The notes beneath the pieces were generated by a model that made no database searches, was not told the origin of the DNA, and was given only the letters and a program-made list of their open reading frames with translations. A stretch of DNA of 64,000 nt. Origin: Acidobacteriota bacterium (GTDB lineage: Bacteria; Acidobacteriota; CAIWXX01). Positions 1 through 9,608 of the stretch are shown piece by piece. The stretch is taken from assembly GCA_040755995.1 (NCBI GenBank), contig JBFMAF010000043.1, positions 96,001-160,000 of the forward strand, in the 5' to 3' direction. The position numbers were made by a program, and so were the translations under genes. Each line of letters starts with the position of its first letter. Position 1 is the stretch's first letter.

Positions 1-899
1 TAGCGCTCGACCTGCGTCGGTCGAGGATTGTGGCCGGAAGCATGTCGCGTGAAGAGCCCGAACGTGCAGCTGTCCCACGACCGGCACAGGCTGCCGCACC
101 ACGGATTGCCCTCGTCCTGCATATCGAAACACGAGCAGGATGGGCAGACGTACGAACAGATGCTGCAGCTCATGCACCGTTCGCCCAAGTGCTGCCATAC
201 CGGAAGGTCGAATGCGCGATCGAGGAGCGCCGGCCATTCCGGCATCACCGGGCTCCTCCTCATAGATTCCTCTACACGCCTTCGCTGATTCTCTGCGGCG
301 ACGTCGTGCTCGGCGGTGCTCTCCGGCCACGCATGGCGCTGTCGCGCGAGCAGGCCCGCGCCCTTCGGCGTGATCGAACGAAGCAGCCATCGACCGGCCA
401 GCGGGATCAGGATCGCATCGGCGCCCTCCTCGCCGTGGGGCGTTCCGCCGGCCGCCGTGCAGAAGCAGTCCGGCGTGGCATCGACGCACGAGAGCGACAC
501 GACGGTGGTGCGATCTCTGCGTCGTTGGTAGTGAGGATCCCGCGTGCCGGAGAGGAACACCGAGTCCAGCCGCGCCAGTCCGGCCGCGTCACAGGGACGA
601 ACGCCCACGATGGCCTGATCGGCCAGGAGCGGCTCCGGATCTCGCAGCCTCGGGGCACCGTCTTCGAAAGTGTATGCGTAGAGCGGCTCGGATCGAGGCA
701 AGAGGAACTCCTTGGGCGACCACTGGGTCTTGCCCGCAGCAAGCGAGATGGAATCGGCGGATGTCACCTGCCGGAAGATTCTCAGGTCATCCTCGTCAAC
801 CGGGCCAACCAGCTTCGTGCCGTCCGCAATCAGTTGCTGAAACCACTCCCGGAGCTCCCTCTCGGTCAACCACCAGCCCCGCGGAGTCTGCGCACTCAT
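1..899 (-). CDS. FlxB/AsrA-like 4Fe-4S dicluster protein (partial, runs off left edge)
   Basis: Not in ORF track; translated by hand from ATG 899 (ATGA overlap with upstream stop). Contains WSPKEFLLP, GVRPCD, CFC and ERCMSCSICSYVCPSCSCFD...RSWDSC...HASGHNPR, typical of AsrA/FlxB. Confidence 0.85.
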   Translation of the reverse strand, partial: MSAQTPRGWWLTERELREWFQQLIADGTKLVGPVDEDDLRIFRQVTSADSISLAAGKTQWSPKEFLLPRSEPLYAYTFEDGAPRLRDPEPLLADQAIVGVRPCDAAGLARLDSVFLSGTRDPHYQRRRDRTTVVSLSCVDATPDCFCTAAGGTPHGEEGADAILIPLAGRWLLRSITPKGAGLLARQRHAWPESTAEHDVAAENQRRRVEESMRRSPVMPEWPALLDRAFDLPVWQHLGERCMSCSICSYVCPSCSCFDMQDEGNPWCGSLCRSWDSCTFGLFTRHASGHNPRPTQVER

Positions 900-2308
900 C
901 GGATGAACTCCTCGGAATCGTCCTGGCGGAAGCTCGCCAATGGAGGAGACGCAACGGCATCCTGACCGGCGCGATATCCGAATCGGCGTTCGACTTCGAT
1001 CGCCAGCCGGCGGTTCAGAAGGTCCAGCCGGATGTTGGCGGGGCAGACGCGCGAGCACTCGTCGCAGCCGATGCATCTCCCCGCCAGGTGGAACGCCCTG
1101 ACGACGTTCCACGCGGTGTTGCCCTTGCCGTCGATCGAGGTGCTGATCCACTGCGGCCGGTGTTTTTCCGCGATGCAAGTTTCGCAGTAGCAGAGCGGGC
1201 ACACTGCGCGGCAGGCGTAACACCTCAGGCAACGAGCGAACTGGTTCTGCCAGAAATTCCAGCGGTCCAGCAGCGGCAGCGACTCGATATAGCCGACGTC
1301 CGCGTCCCGGACGTCCGGCGGGACTGCCACCTGCACCCCCATCGCCGCGGCGGCCGGCCGGGCGCCTCCTGCGCTCAGATCGCAGAGCGGCGAGACCTGG
1401 CCGTCGCAGTTGAAGCACTTCGACGCAAGGCGCCCGTTCACCCGCACTCCTGTGCAGGGCACGCCGATAAGCACGACGTCTTCACGCCGTATCTGATTCT
1501 CCTGGAGCAACCCCACCACGGCCTTGCTGTCGCAACTCTTGACGATGATGCCGACCTTGCCTGAGCGCATTGCAGCCGGTAGATACGCGGCGAGGTTCGC
1601 GGAGCACCCGTCGGTCCACGCGAGCACCGATGCATCTGCGACATTGTCCAGGAACACTGGGACGATCTTCCCGGGCAGCGAGCTCTCGCCGTATCCTATG
1701 AGCCTCGATATCCGGCCGCTGCTCAGCAGCTCCGATGCGGCTCTGCGCAGCTCCGCGAGTACCGGCGCGCGCTCGTCCTCGCCGGGCCTGCGGCCGGCCT
1801 GGTCGGCCGGCGAGGCGAAGCGGACCAGAGCAAGCCGGCCATGATCCTGCACTCGGCCCCAAGGAGAAATAGGGCCGGCATCACGAACGCCCTGCGTCAC
1901 CTCCTCGACAACTCGCGCCCACTTCACCCCTTCGGACGCCGAGACCCAGGAGAACTGCAGCCGCCGCGGATCGACGCCGAGGAATTCGAGCAGAGCGCGG
2001 AACACGGCAAACCGGCGCCGGGCGAAGTAGTTGCCCTGCACGTAGTGACAATCGCCTGGATGGCAGCCGGACACCAGAACCCCATCCGCGCCCTGTTCGA
2101 AGGCCCTCAAGATGAAGAGCGGGCTCATTCGTCCCGTACATGGGAATCGCAGGATGCGCACGTTGGGCGGATAGATCCGGCGCGTCGTGCCGGCCATGTC
2201 GGCTCCCGCGTACGTGCACCAGTGGCAGACGAACGCGATGATGTGCGGCTGCCAGGCGCTCGCGGACGCATCCACCGCCTGCGCCAACGGTGTCGCAGCA
2301 GAGTCCAT
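896..2308 (-). CDS. MvhD/FlxD [2Fe-2S] domain fused to FlxC-like 4Fe-4S domain (FlxCD-type)
   Basis: N-terminal CHWCTYAGAD, RFPCTGR and GADGVLVSGCHPGDCHY (MvhD); C-terminal CLRCYACRAVCPLCYC and HLAGRCIGCDECSRVCP. Confidence 0.88.
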   Translation of the reverse strand: MDSAATPLAQAVDASASAWQPHIIAFVCHWCTYAGADMAGTTRRIYPPNVRILRFPCTGRMSPLFILRAFEQGADGVLVSGCHPGDCHYVQGNYFARRRFAVFRALLEFLGVDPRRLQFSWVSASEGVKWARVVEEVTQGVRDAGPISPWGRVQDHGRLALVRFASPADQAGRRPGEDERAPVLAELRRAASELLSSGRISRLIGYGESSLPGKIVPVFLDNVADASVLAWTDGCSANLAAYLPAAMRSGKVGIIVKSCDSKAVVGLLQENQIRREDVVLIGVPCTGVRVNGRLASKCFNCDGQVSPLCDLSAGGARPAAAAMGVQVAVPPDVRDADVGYIESLPLLDRWNFWQNQFARCLRCYACRAVCPLCYCETCIAEKHRPQWISTSIDGKGNTAWNVVRAFHLAGRCIGCDECSRVCPANIRLDLLNRRLAIEVERRFGYRAGQDAVASPPLASFRQDDSEEFIR

Positions 2309-2315
2309 GCCGATC

Positions 2316-4331
2316 TCACCTGGCCGCAGCGGCGGGCAACGGGCCCAGTGCGCCGAGTTGAGCGAATACCTGATCGTCGGTGAAGCCGCACAGCTCGATC
2401 GAGCCGCTCCTGCAAGCGGCCGTGCAAACGCCGCAGCCCTCGCACATCGCCTGGTTCACACGCGCAACGACCCTGACCAGTTCTCCTTTGCGGTCGCGGA
2501 TCTCCTTGCGCTCGATCGCTCCATATGCGCACACTCGCTGGCATTCGAAGCAGCCCGAGCACGCGGCCTCGTTGACTTGCGACGTGATGGGCTCGCGACA
2601 CAGCATCGGCTTGGAGAAGAGCTCCATTCCCTTCGCGGCGGCGGCCGAGGCCTGCGCCACCGTGTCGGGGATGTCCTTCGGCGCATGGGCCGCACCGGCC
2701 AGATAGATGCCGGCAGTCAGCGTCTCGACAGGTCGCAGCTTCGGGTGAGCCTCCTGGAAGAACCCGTGTGCGTCGGCAGGGATGCGGAGCTTGCTCGCCA
2801 GATCCCCGTTGGAGCTCGGGATGCTGGCCGCGGCCAGCACGACGAGGTCCGCCTTCAGCTCCACCTGTTGTCCCGACAGCGTATCCGCGCCGAACACGAT
2901 GAGCTTGCCGTTGCGCGACAAGACGCGGCTCACGCGGCCGCGTATGTACAGCACGCGCTCCTCTTCCATCACGCGCTGGACGAATTCTTCATATCCCTTT
3001 CCGCCGGCGCGGATGTCCATGTAGAACACGTATGCCCTGGCGTCGTGGACCTTGTGCTTGAAGAGCAGTGCGTGCTTGGCGGTGAACATGCAGCAGACGC
3101 GCGAGCAGTACGGCACGCCGTGCCTCGGGTCGCGCGATCCTACGCACTGGATGAATACCACGTCCTTTGGGACCTTGCCGTCGGACGGCCTGCGGACCTC
3201 GCCGCCGGTGGGCCCTGAGGCCGAGAGCATGCGCTCGAACTCCAGGCCGTCGACGACATCAGGGAATTTGCCGTATCCGCACTCCTCGGCCTGCTCGCCC
3301 AGAAGCAGGCGGTATCCCGTTGCGACCACTATCGCGCCGACTTCGCGCTCGACGATCTCCGGCTTCATGTCGAAGTCGATCGCCTTCACGTTGCAGTCGC
3401 TTGCGCATCGTTCGCATGCGAGGACGCGGTAGCCGCTCTTACTTTCGAGTGTGGAGTTGACGCAGCGCGCCGCATCCAGGGTGTAGGTCGATGGGACGGC
3501 CTGAGGGAATGGGATGTAGATGGCCTTCCGCCAGGACAGGTTCATGTCGAACTCGTTCGGCACATCCACGGGGCAGACTTTCGCGCACGCATTGCAGGCG
3601 GTGCATACTCCCTCGCGCACGAAGCGGGGCTTCTTGCGGATGCGCACTTTGAAATTCCCGACGTACCCGCTGACTTCCTCGACTTCGGAGTAGGTCAGGA
3701 GCTCGATATTGGGATGGCGGGCGACCTCGACCATCAGCGGCGTGAGAATACACTGTGAGCAGTCGAGGGTGGGGAAGGTCTCGGAGAGGCGCGCCATGTT
3801 CCCGCCCAGGGACGGCTGCTTCTCGACGAGCACCACCGGGTGGCCGGCGTTGGCGATGTCGAGGGCAGTGCGGATGCCTGCGACACCGCCGCCGATCACC
3901 AGTGCCCGTTTCGTCACCGGCACCTTGATGGGCTCGAGCGGGCGCGCGTGGCGCACGCGTTCCACAGCGGACACGACCAGGTGGCACGCCTTCGGCGTTG
4001 CCATAGCTGGGTCGTGGTGCACCCACGAGCAGTGCTCGCGGATGTTTGCGATCTCGCAGAGGTAAGGATTCAGGCCTGCCTGGATCGTGGCGCGGCGGAA
4101 GGTGGGCTCGTGGAGCTGAGGAGAGCATGCGGCGACGACTACACCGGTGAGGCCGTGTTCTTTGACGGCGTCGACGAGGATCTTCTGGCCGGGTGAGGAA
4201 CACAGGTAGGCGTAGTCGGTGGAGAACGCGACGTGCGGGATGCGGCGTGCGAACTGCGCAACGTCGCCCACGCGCACGGTGCGGGCGATGTTCTCACCGC
4301 AGTGGCAGACGAAAACGCCTATGCGCGCCAC
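2316..4331 (-). CDS. hdrA: Heterodisulfide reductase subunit A (FAD/Fe-S)
   Basis: GVFVCHCGENI, AACSP, NIREHCSWVH, GGGVAG, TFPTLDCSQCILTP, QCVGSRD...YCSRVCC and C-terminal ferredoxin motifs. Start set at GTG 4331, just after the korA stop. Confidence 0.95.
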   Translation of the reverse strand: MARIGVFVCHCGENIARTVRVGDVAQFARRIPHVAFSTDYAYLCSSPGQKILVDAVKEHGLTGVVVAACSPQLHEPTFRRATIQAGLNPYLCEIANIREHCSWVHHDPAMATPKACHLVVSAVERVRHARPLEPIKVPVTKRALVIGGGVAGIRTALDIANAGHPVVLVEKQPSLGGNMARLSETFPTLDCSQCILTPLMVEVARHPNIELLTYSEVEEVSGYVGNFKVRIRKKPRFVREGVCTACNACAKVCPVDVPNEFDMNLSWRKAIYIPFPQAVPSTYTLDAARCVNSTLESKSGYRVLACERCASDCNVKAIDFDMKPEIVEREVGAIVVATGYRLLLGEQAEECGYGKFPDVVDGLEFERMLSASGPTGGEVRRPSDGKVPKDVVFIQCVGSRDPRHGVPYCSRVCCMFTAKHALLFKHKVHDARAYVFYMDIRAGGKGYEEFVQRVMEEERVLYIRGRVSRVLSRNGKLIVFGADTLSGQQVELKADLVVLAAASIPSSNGDLASKLRIPADAHGFFQEAHPKLRPVETLTAGIYLAGAAHAPKDIPDTVAQASAAAAKGMELFSKPMLCREPITSQVNEAACSGCFECQRVCAYGAIERKEIRDRKGELVRVVARVNQAMCEGCGVCTAACRSGSIELCGFTDDQVFAQLGALGPLPAAAAR

Positions 4332-4336
4332 GTGTG

Positions 4337-5533
4337 CTAGCCCCTCTTCGCGAGCAGGTCGAGCCGGCTCGGAGCCTTGTTGTCCACGACCGAACGGATG
4401 CCGTCGAGAATCTCCTCGGGCTCGTGCATGGCGCCGCCGGCGTTGGGCACGAGCCGGATGCGGCACCCGTCGACGGCGCAGCGCTCGACCTCCCTGACCA
4501 TCTGTCCCAGGTTGATTTCAGGGACCACGAAGCCCTTGACGCGCGCCGACAGCTCCCGCACACGCTCCTCCGGAAAGGGCCACACGGTCTTGAGGCGCAT
4601 GAAGCCCACTTTCATGCCGGCTTCCCGGGCCAGCGCGATGGCTCGGGATGCGATTCGCGCCGAGATGCCGTACGACAGCACAACGACGTCGGCGTCCTCG
4701 ACGCCGCGTTCGTCGAAGTCGTAGATGTCGAATCGATGCCGGCGGATCTTCTCGACCAGGCGCCCGACCAGCTCCCGATGCGCGCCCGCCGTCATCAACG
4801 GATAGCCGCGCTCGTCGTGCGTGAGGCTCTCGACGAACACACGATACCCTTCGCCGGCGCTCGGCATGGGTGGTATCAGATCCTCTTCGGGCTCATAGGT
4901 CCGGAACTCGCCGGGCGGTTTCGTGGGGCGCTTCCGGTTCCATATTTCGAGCCGGTCCGCCGGCGGGATGATCACCTTCTCGGTGAGATGGCCGACGTCG
5001 GCATCGGCCATCAGGAGCACGGGCGTGCGATACCGCTCGGCGAGATTGAAGGCCCGCACCGTCAGGTCGAAGCACTCCTGTGCCGTCCATGGTGAGAGCG
5101 CGATGATCTCGTAGTGGCCGTGTGATCCCCAGCGCGCCTGCATCATGTCGCTCTGGCCCACGAGCGTCGGGAGGCCCGTGGATGGCGCTCCTCGCTGCAC
5201 ATTCACGATCACGCACGGCGTCTCCGTGATGAGCGCCAGTCCGAGGTTCTCCATCATCAGGGAAAAACCCGGGCCGGATGTGGCAGTCATCGTCTTCAGA
5301 CCCGACCACGATGCGCCGATGATGGCGGCCATCGACGCGATCTCGTCCTCCATCTGCAGATAGGTCCCGCCGACCTGCGGCAGTCGCTCCGACATTCTCT
5401 CCGCCGTCTCGGTCGACGGGGTGATGGGGTAGCCCGCGAAGAAGCGACAGCCGGCTGCCGGGGCTCCTTCGGCAATCGCATGATCTCCCAGCAAGAAGTG
5501 TTCACCCGTGAGAACCGCCGATCGTTCCGTCAT
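4337..5533 (-). CDS. korA: 2-oxoacid:ferredoxin oxidoreductase alpha subunit (short type)
   Basis: GCRFFAGYPITPSTE, QMEDEIAS, TATSGPGFSLM, QRGAPSTGLPT; ATG 5533 overlaps the ferredoxin stop. Confidence 0.92.
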   Translation of the reverse strand: MTERSAVLTGEHFLLGDHAIAEGAPAAGCRFFAGYPITPSTETAERMSERLPQVGGTYLQMEDEIASMAAIIGASWSGLKTMTATSGPGFSLMMENLGLALITETPCVIVNVQRGAPSTGLPTLVGQSDMMQARWGSHGHYEIIALSPWTAQECFDLTVRAFNLAERYRTPVLLMADADVGHLTEKVIIPPADRLEIWNRKRPTKPPGEFRTYEPEEDLIPPMPSAGEGYRVFVESLTHDERGYPLMTAGAHRELVGRLVEKIRRHRFDIYDFDERGVEDADVVVLSYGISARIASRAIALAREAGMKVGFMRLKTVWPFPEERVRELSARVKGFVVPEINLGQMVREVERCAVDGCRIRLVPNAGGAMHEPEEILDGIRSVVDNKAPSRLDLLAKRG

Positions 5534-5832
5534 CTCTCTCTCCTCGTCTCCGCCGGCGGCGCCCCCGAAGCTCGCGGCGTCTCCGGGATTCTGGGCACCG
5601 GGAAGATCGCATAATCCGGGCAGATCGTTTCGCAGAGATGGCAGACTATGCAAAGATCGTTGGCGACCTTGGGATAGCGGTATCCCTTGGCGTTGTAGTC
5701 CGCCGAGAGGCTGAGCACCTTCATGGGACAGAACTCGACGCAGTACTGGCAACCCTTGCACCGCGGCGCCAGCACCACAACCCTCCCGCGCACCGGGGGC
5801 GGCAGAGCTACAACAGGCGCCCGCTCCATCAT
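5530..5832 (-). CDS. korD: 2[4Fe-4S] ferredoxin, 2-oxoacid oxidoreductase delta subunit
   Basis: CKGCQYCVEFCP and CIVCHLCETICPDYAI; NAKGY motif; coupled to korA. Confidence 0.85.
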   Translation of the reverse strand: MMERAPVVALPPPVRGRVVVLAPRCKGCQYCVEFCPMKVLSLSADYNAKGYRYPKVANDLCIVCHLCETICPDYAIFPVPRIPETPRASGAPPAETRRER

Positions 5833-6131
5833 CCTGAGACTGCCCCGCCGGCGTACGCTCGCCAATCGCGAGACCGCCCGGCGGGCTCCAGCTCGCACAT
5901 CCTGTAACTACCCTTGTCCTTCGAGTAACATACGCATGAGTGTATGTCAAGAACTTTCACTGTCGTTGTTGCGAAAAGTCACGCATTTCCATATGCTGTC
6001 CATATGGATTACGGGGCGAGGGCAGGGCGTGCGCGGGCGCATCTATCGCGTTCATGGAACTGCTGGAATGCGCATGGCTCAGTTGACGGCCGCCCGCGCC
6101 ATGGTAGGATGCACCGTCGGAGGAACGCGGG

Positions 6132-7529
6132 ATGAACACCGGTATGTACGATGTGATCATAGTCGGTAGCGGTGTAGCCGGCTCGTTCATTGCACAGGAG
6201 CTTTGCAAAGACGGAGCCGGGTGCCTGATGCTGGAGGCAGGGAAGCGTTTCGAGAGCACGACGTACCCCAGGAACGAGCTCGATGCCAACTCGCAGCTGT
6301 ACTGGGGCGGGGGCATGGAGGTGAATCACGATGCCAGCATCGTGTTCTTGCGCCCCAAGGTCGTGGGCGGCGGATCGGTCGTGAACCAGGCTCTGGTGGA
6401 CCGCTTCGACGACATCGCATTCGATTCGTGGCGCGATGTCTCCGGGATCGGCTTCTTCAACAGATCGGACATGGCCCAGTGGTACGAGATGGCCGAGAGT
6501 GAGGTCGCGATTCAGGAGATCCCCGAGAAGTATCGAAATCGCAACGCTCAGATCTACCAGTCCGGATTTGAGAAGTGCGGCTACCGGTACGCGCCGCTGA
6601 GGAGGGCGCAGAAGGACTGCCGTTACGAAGACGGCAACGACTGCATCGTATGCCTGTCGGGCTGCCCGCTGGACAGCAAGCAGAGCATGCCTGCTACGAC
6701 GCTGAAGCGGGCTCTGGAGGCGGGGCTCGAGCTGGTAGCGGACTTCGAGGCCACGCAGGTCGAGGCCGTGAACGGGACGATTCGGGTACGCGGAAGGAGT
6801 CGAGCAGGCGAGGAACGTTCCTACGAGAGCGGCAGGCTCGTCACGGCGGCGGGCGCCATCGGCAACTCCAGACTGCTGCTCAACTCCGGCTTCGACAAGC
6901 GCCTTCCGGCCATCGGCCGCAATTTCTTCACACACCCCCAGTTCATGAACTTTGGGATTTTCGACGAGCCGGTGCGATCGCACAAGGGACCGTTCCAGTC
7001 GTTGAAGTCGGATGATCCCAACTTTCGCAAGGACGGGTTCAAGCTCGAGAACGTCTTCGCACCGCCGATCGGAATCGCCATGCTCGTCCCGGGGTTCGGT
7101 GAGAAGCACCAGGCGTGCATGAAGCGGATGGACCACTTCGCTTGCATCGAGATAGCCGTTAGAGACACGAACCCGGGGCGTATCCGCGTGGACAGACGCG
7201 GCCGGCCCGTCGTGACGAAGTCGATGAACACGGAGGACCGGGCGCGATACCAGCGGGGGCTGACCGCAGTCAACAACGTCTTCCGCGCCGCGGGCGCGAA
7301 GGAGATCATCAATGCCGGCTGGGCCATCGGGCTCCACCTGATGGGCGGGTGCTGCATCGGCACCGATCCGGCCCGATCCGTCGTGGATCCGGATTTCCGG
7401 TTGCACGGCCATCCAAATATCTATGCCGCGGATTCCAGCATCTTCCCGAATGCCCCTGGGATCAATCCCTCTCTCACTATCATGGCCCTGGCGAAGAAGG
7501 CCGCCGCTTCGATCCGAGGACGGAGGTGA
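6132..7529 (+). CDS. GMC family FAD oxidoreductase
   Basis: YDVIIVGSGVAG, GGGSVVN, CxxCLSGCP, HLMGGC, GINPSLTIMALA. Confidence 0.9.
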   Translation: MNTGMYDVIIVGSGVAGSFIAQELCKDGAGCLMLEAGKRFESTTYPRNELDANSQLYWGGGMEVNHDASIVFLRPKVVGGGSVVNQALVDRFDDIAFDSWRDVSGIGFFNRSDMAQWYEMAESEVAIQEIPEKYRNRNAQIYQSGFEKCGYRYAPLRRAQKDCRYEDGNDCIVCLSGCPLDSKQSMPATTLKRALEAGLELVADFEATQVEAVNGTIRVRGRSRAGEERSYESGRLVTAAGAIGNSRLLLNSGFDKRLPAIGRNFFTHPQFMNFGIFDEPVRSHKGPFQSLKSDDPNFRKDGFKLENVFAPPIGIAMLVPGFGEKHQACMKRMDHFACIEIAVRDTNPGRIRVDRRGRPVVTKSMNTEDRARYQRGLTAVNNVFRAAGAKEIINAGWAIGLHLMGGCCIGTDPARSVVDPDFRLHGHPNIYAADSSIFPNAPGINPSLTIMALAKKAAASIRGRR

Positions 7530-7533
7530 CACC

Positions 7534-7941
7534 GTGACATCGACCTATCTGACTGCGCGACAACTGGCCGGGCTGATGAGAGCGGGCGAGATCCTGGCTC
7601 CAGGCGATGCCGATCTGCCTTCGTTCTCACGGCTGGGCTGCATCGAGCACGTGGATCGAATACTCGAGTACATGGGCGACAAGGACCTGGCGGATTTCGG
7701 CTCGCTCATGGGTGTCTTCGCCTGGCTGCCCGGGCCTGTTCTTCGAAGCATCCTCTGGCTGATGACCAAGAATCAAAGCATGCCGGGGTCGCTGGGGTTC
7801 AACCTGCGGATGCTCGAACTCGGCGTAAAAGGGGTCGTGATGACGCTTTACTACTCCGGGCTCAGCGGCGCCGGTTTCCAAGGGAAGAGCGTTTACGATA
7901 TCATCGGCTGGGACGCGAAGATCTGCACGCGCACGGAGTGA
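7534..7941 (+). CDS. Small hypothetical protein, probable GMC partner (gluconate-2-dehydrogenase subunit-3-like)
   Basis: GGAGG RBS before GTG 7534; ...LKGVVMTLYYS-like and IIGWD tail; directly follows the GMC gene. Confidence 0.55.
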   Translation: MTSTYLTARQLAGLMRAGEILAPGDADLPSFSRLGCIEHVDRILEYMGDKDLADFGSLMGVFAWLPGPVLRSILWLMTKNQSMPGSLGFNLRMLELGVKGVVMTLYYSGLSGAGFQGKSVYDIIGWDAKICTRTE

Positions 7942-8020
7942 GCGCATCTTCGCCGGTCGGATCTCGTGGCCCGCGAGACAGACCAGTCCGTCGATTTCTT
8001 CTTCACCTGCGGAGTAGATT

Positions 8021-9532
8021 ATGAGCTCACAGCCACCTCCGAGAGAACCGACATCTGCTGAGCCCGCGGAATGCTTCCGGCGGGCCAGGGCCGCGTCGTC
8101 GCGGCTGCGCGGCACGCGAGTGCGCGAACGGTCCAGGCACATCGACGCGCTGGCCGGCGTGATCCGCAACCGCCGCGAGGCGATAATCGATCGAGTCATC
8201 AAGGAGACCGGCAAGTCACGCACAGATGCACTCGTGTCGGAGATACTGAGCGTTCTCGATCATCTGGTCTACCTGCGGCGATTCGCCCCCAAGATCCTGG
8301 CTGACAGAAAGGTGCACACGCCTCTGACGCTGATGGGCAAGCAGTCCTGGGTCTATTTCGAACCTCTCGGGATCGTGCTGGTCATCTCCCCGTGGAACTA
8401 CCCGTTCTACCAGGCGATCGTCCCGATCACGTCGGCGTTCGTCGCCGGGAACGCCGTCGTCTACAAGCCGTCGGAGTACACGCCGCTGCAGGGCCTGGTG
8501 GAAGAGCTTCTGCATGCGGCGGGGTTCGAGCCGGATTGGGTCCAGGTCGTCTACGGCGACGGCGCGACCGGGGCGGCGCTCATCGACGAGCGCCCCGACA
8601 AGATCTTCTTCACGGGAAGCGTGCGCACCGGCAAGAAGATCATGGCGCAGGCCGCACCGGCCCTCATCCCGGTCGAGCTCGAGCTCGGCGGCAAGGATCC
8701 AATGATCGTGTTCGAGGACGCCAATCTCAAGCGGGCTGCCGCGGGCGCCCTCTGGGGCGCGATGACGAACACGGGCCAGTCGTGCACATCGGTCGAGTAT
8801 CTGTACGTGCAGGAGTCGATCTATGAGGAGTTCAAGCGACGGCTGGTCGCCGAGGCGAACAAGCTCCGGCAGTCGCTCGATGCGGGGGACGATATCGACC
8901 TCGGTGGCATGACCACCGACTTCCAGTGCGAGATCGTACGCGAACAGCTGCGCGACGCCGCCGGGCGTGGTGCTCGAGTCCTCGCGGGCGGCGGAGGAAG
9001 CGAAGGAACCAGGATCATCCCGCCCACCGTGATCGAGGCGGTGAGCCCGGAGATGAGACTGCTCACCGAGGAGACGTTCGGCCCAGTCCTGCCGATAATC
9101 TCATTCGAGGACGAGGCGGATGTGATCCGTCGAGTGAATGAATCCGAGTACGGTCTCTCGGCCAGCGTTTGGACCGCCGATATCGAACGCGCGAAGCGCG
9201 TGGCGCGGGCGATCGTGACCGGAAACGTCTCGATCAACAACGTGATGCTGACCGAGGGCAATCCGGCGCTGCCCTTCGGAGGCACCAAGCAGAGCGGCTT
9301 CGGACGATACAAGGGCGAGTTCGGCCTGTACTCGTTCTCGAACATCAAGTCGGTGATCGTCGACAAGAACAGCGCGAAGATCGAGGCCAACTGGTACCCG
9401 TACACGAAGCGCAAGTACGAGCTGTTTTCGCGGCTTACCGACACGCTGTTTTCGAGGGGGATTGCTGCCTTCACCAAGTTCGCGATCACGGGATTGAAGC
9501 TCGAATCGTACGCGCAGAAGGGGCGCGAGTAG
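8021..9532 (+). CDS. NAD(P)-dependent aldehyde dehydrogenase
   Basis: ISPWNYP, FTGS, LELGGKDP, GQSC (catalytic Cys), EETFGP, PFGGTKQSG. Confidence 0.95.
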   Translation: MSSQPPPREPTSAEPAECFRRARAASSRLRGTRVRERSRHIDALAGVIRNRREAIIDRVIKETGKSRTDALVSEILSVLDHLVYLRRFAPKILADRKVHTPLTLMGKQSWVYFEPLGIVLVISPWNYPFYQAIVPITSAFVAGNAVVYKPSEYTPLQGLVEELLHAAGFEPDWVQVVYGDGATGAALIDERPDKIFFTGSVRTGKKIMAQAAPALIPVELELGGKDPMIVFEDANLKRAAAGALWGAMTNTGQSCTSVEYLYVQESIYEEFKRRLVAEANKLRQSLDAGDDIDLGGMTTDFQCEIVREQLRDAAGRGARVLAGGGGSEGTRIIPPTVIEAVSPEMRLLTEETFGPVLPIISFEDEADVIRRVNESEYGLSASVWTADIERAKRVARAIVTGNVSINNVMLTEGNPALPFGGTKQSGFGRYKGEFGLYSFSNIKSVIVDKNSAKIEANWYPYTKRKYELFSRLTDTLFSRGIAAFTKFAITGLKLESYAQKGRE

Positions 9533-9560
9533 TTGTCAGTTGTCGGTTGTCAGTTGTCAG
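9531..9560. repeat. Heptamer tandem repeat (A/G)GTTGTC x4
   Basis: AGTTGTC AGTTGTC GGTTGTC AGTTGTC AG starting at the ALDH stop codon. Confidence 0.9.
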
Positions 9561-9608
9561 ATGTGGTCAACGACTGTCCTGTGCCCAATCGGTGAGTCGG
9601 TGTTTCTG

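Noticed and set aside
30..965. Plus-strand 311-aa ORF and neighbours
   Set aside because: Shadow of the minus-strand FlxB/AsrA-like gene, which carries clear Fe-S motifs.
896..4331. Selenocysteine in HdrA or MvhD
   Set aside because: Both frames are open with Cys at the relevant motifs; no in-frame TGA.
5945..5996. Possible Rex site (TTGCGAAAAGTCACGCAT) and -35 upstream of korD
   Set aside because: Several mismatches to the Rex consensus and no well-spaced -10 box; too weak to call.
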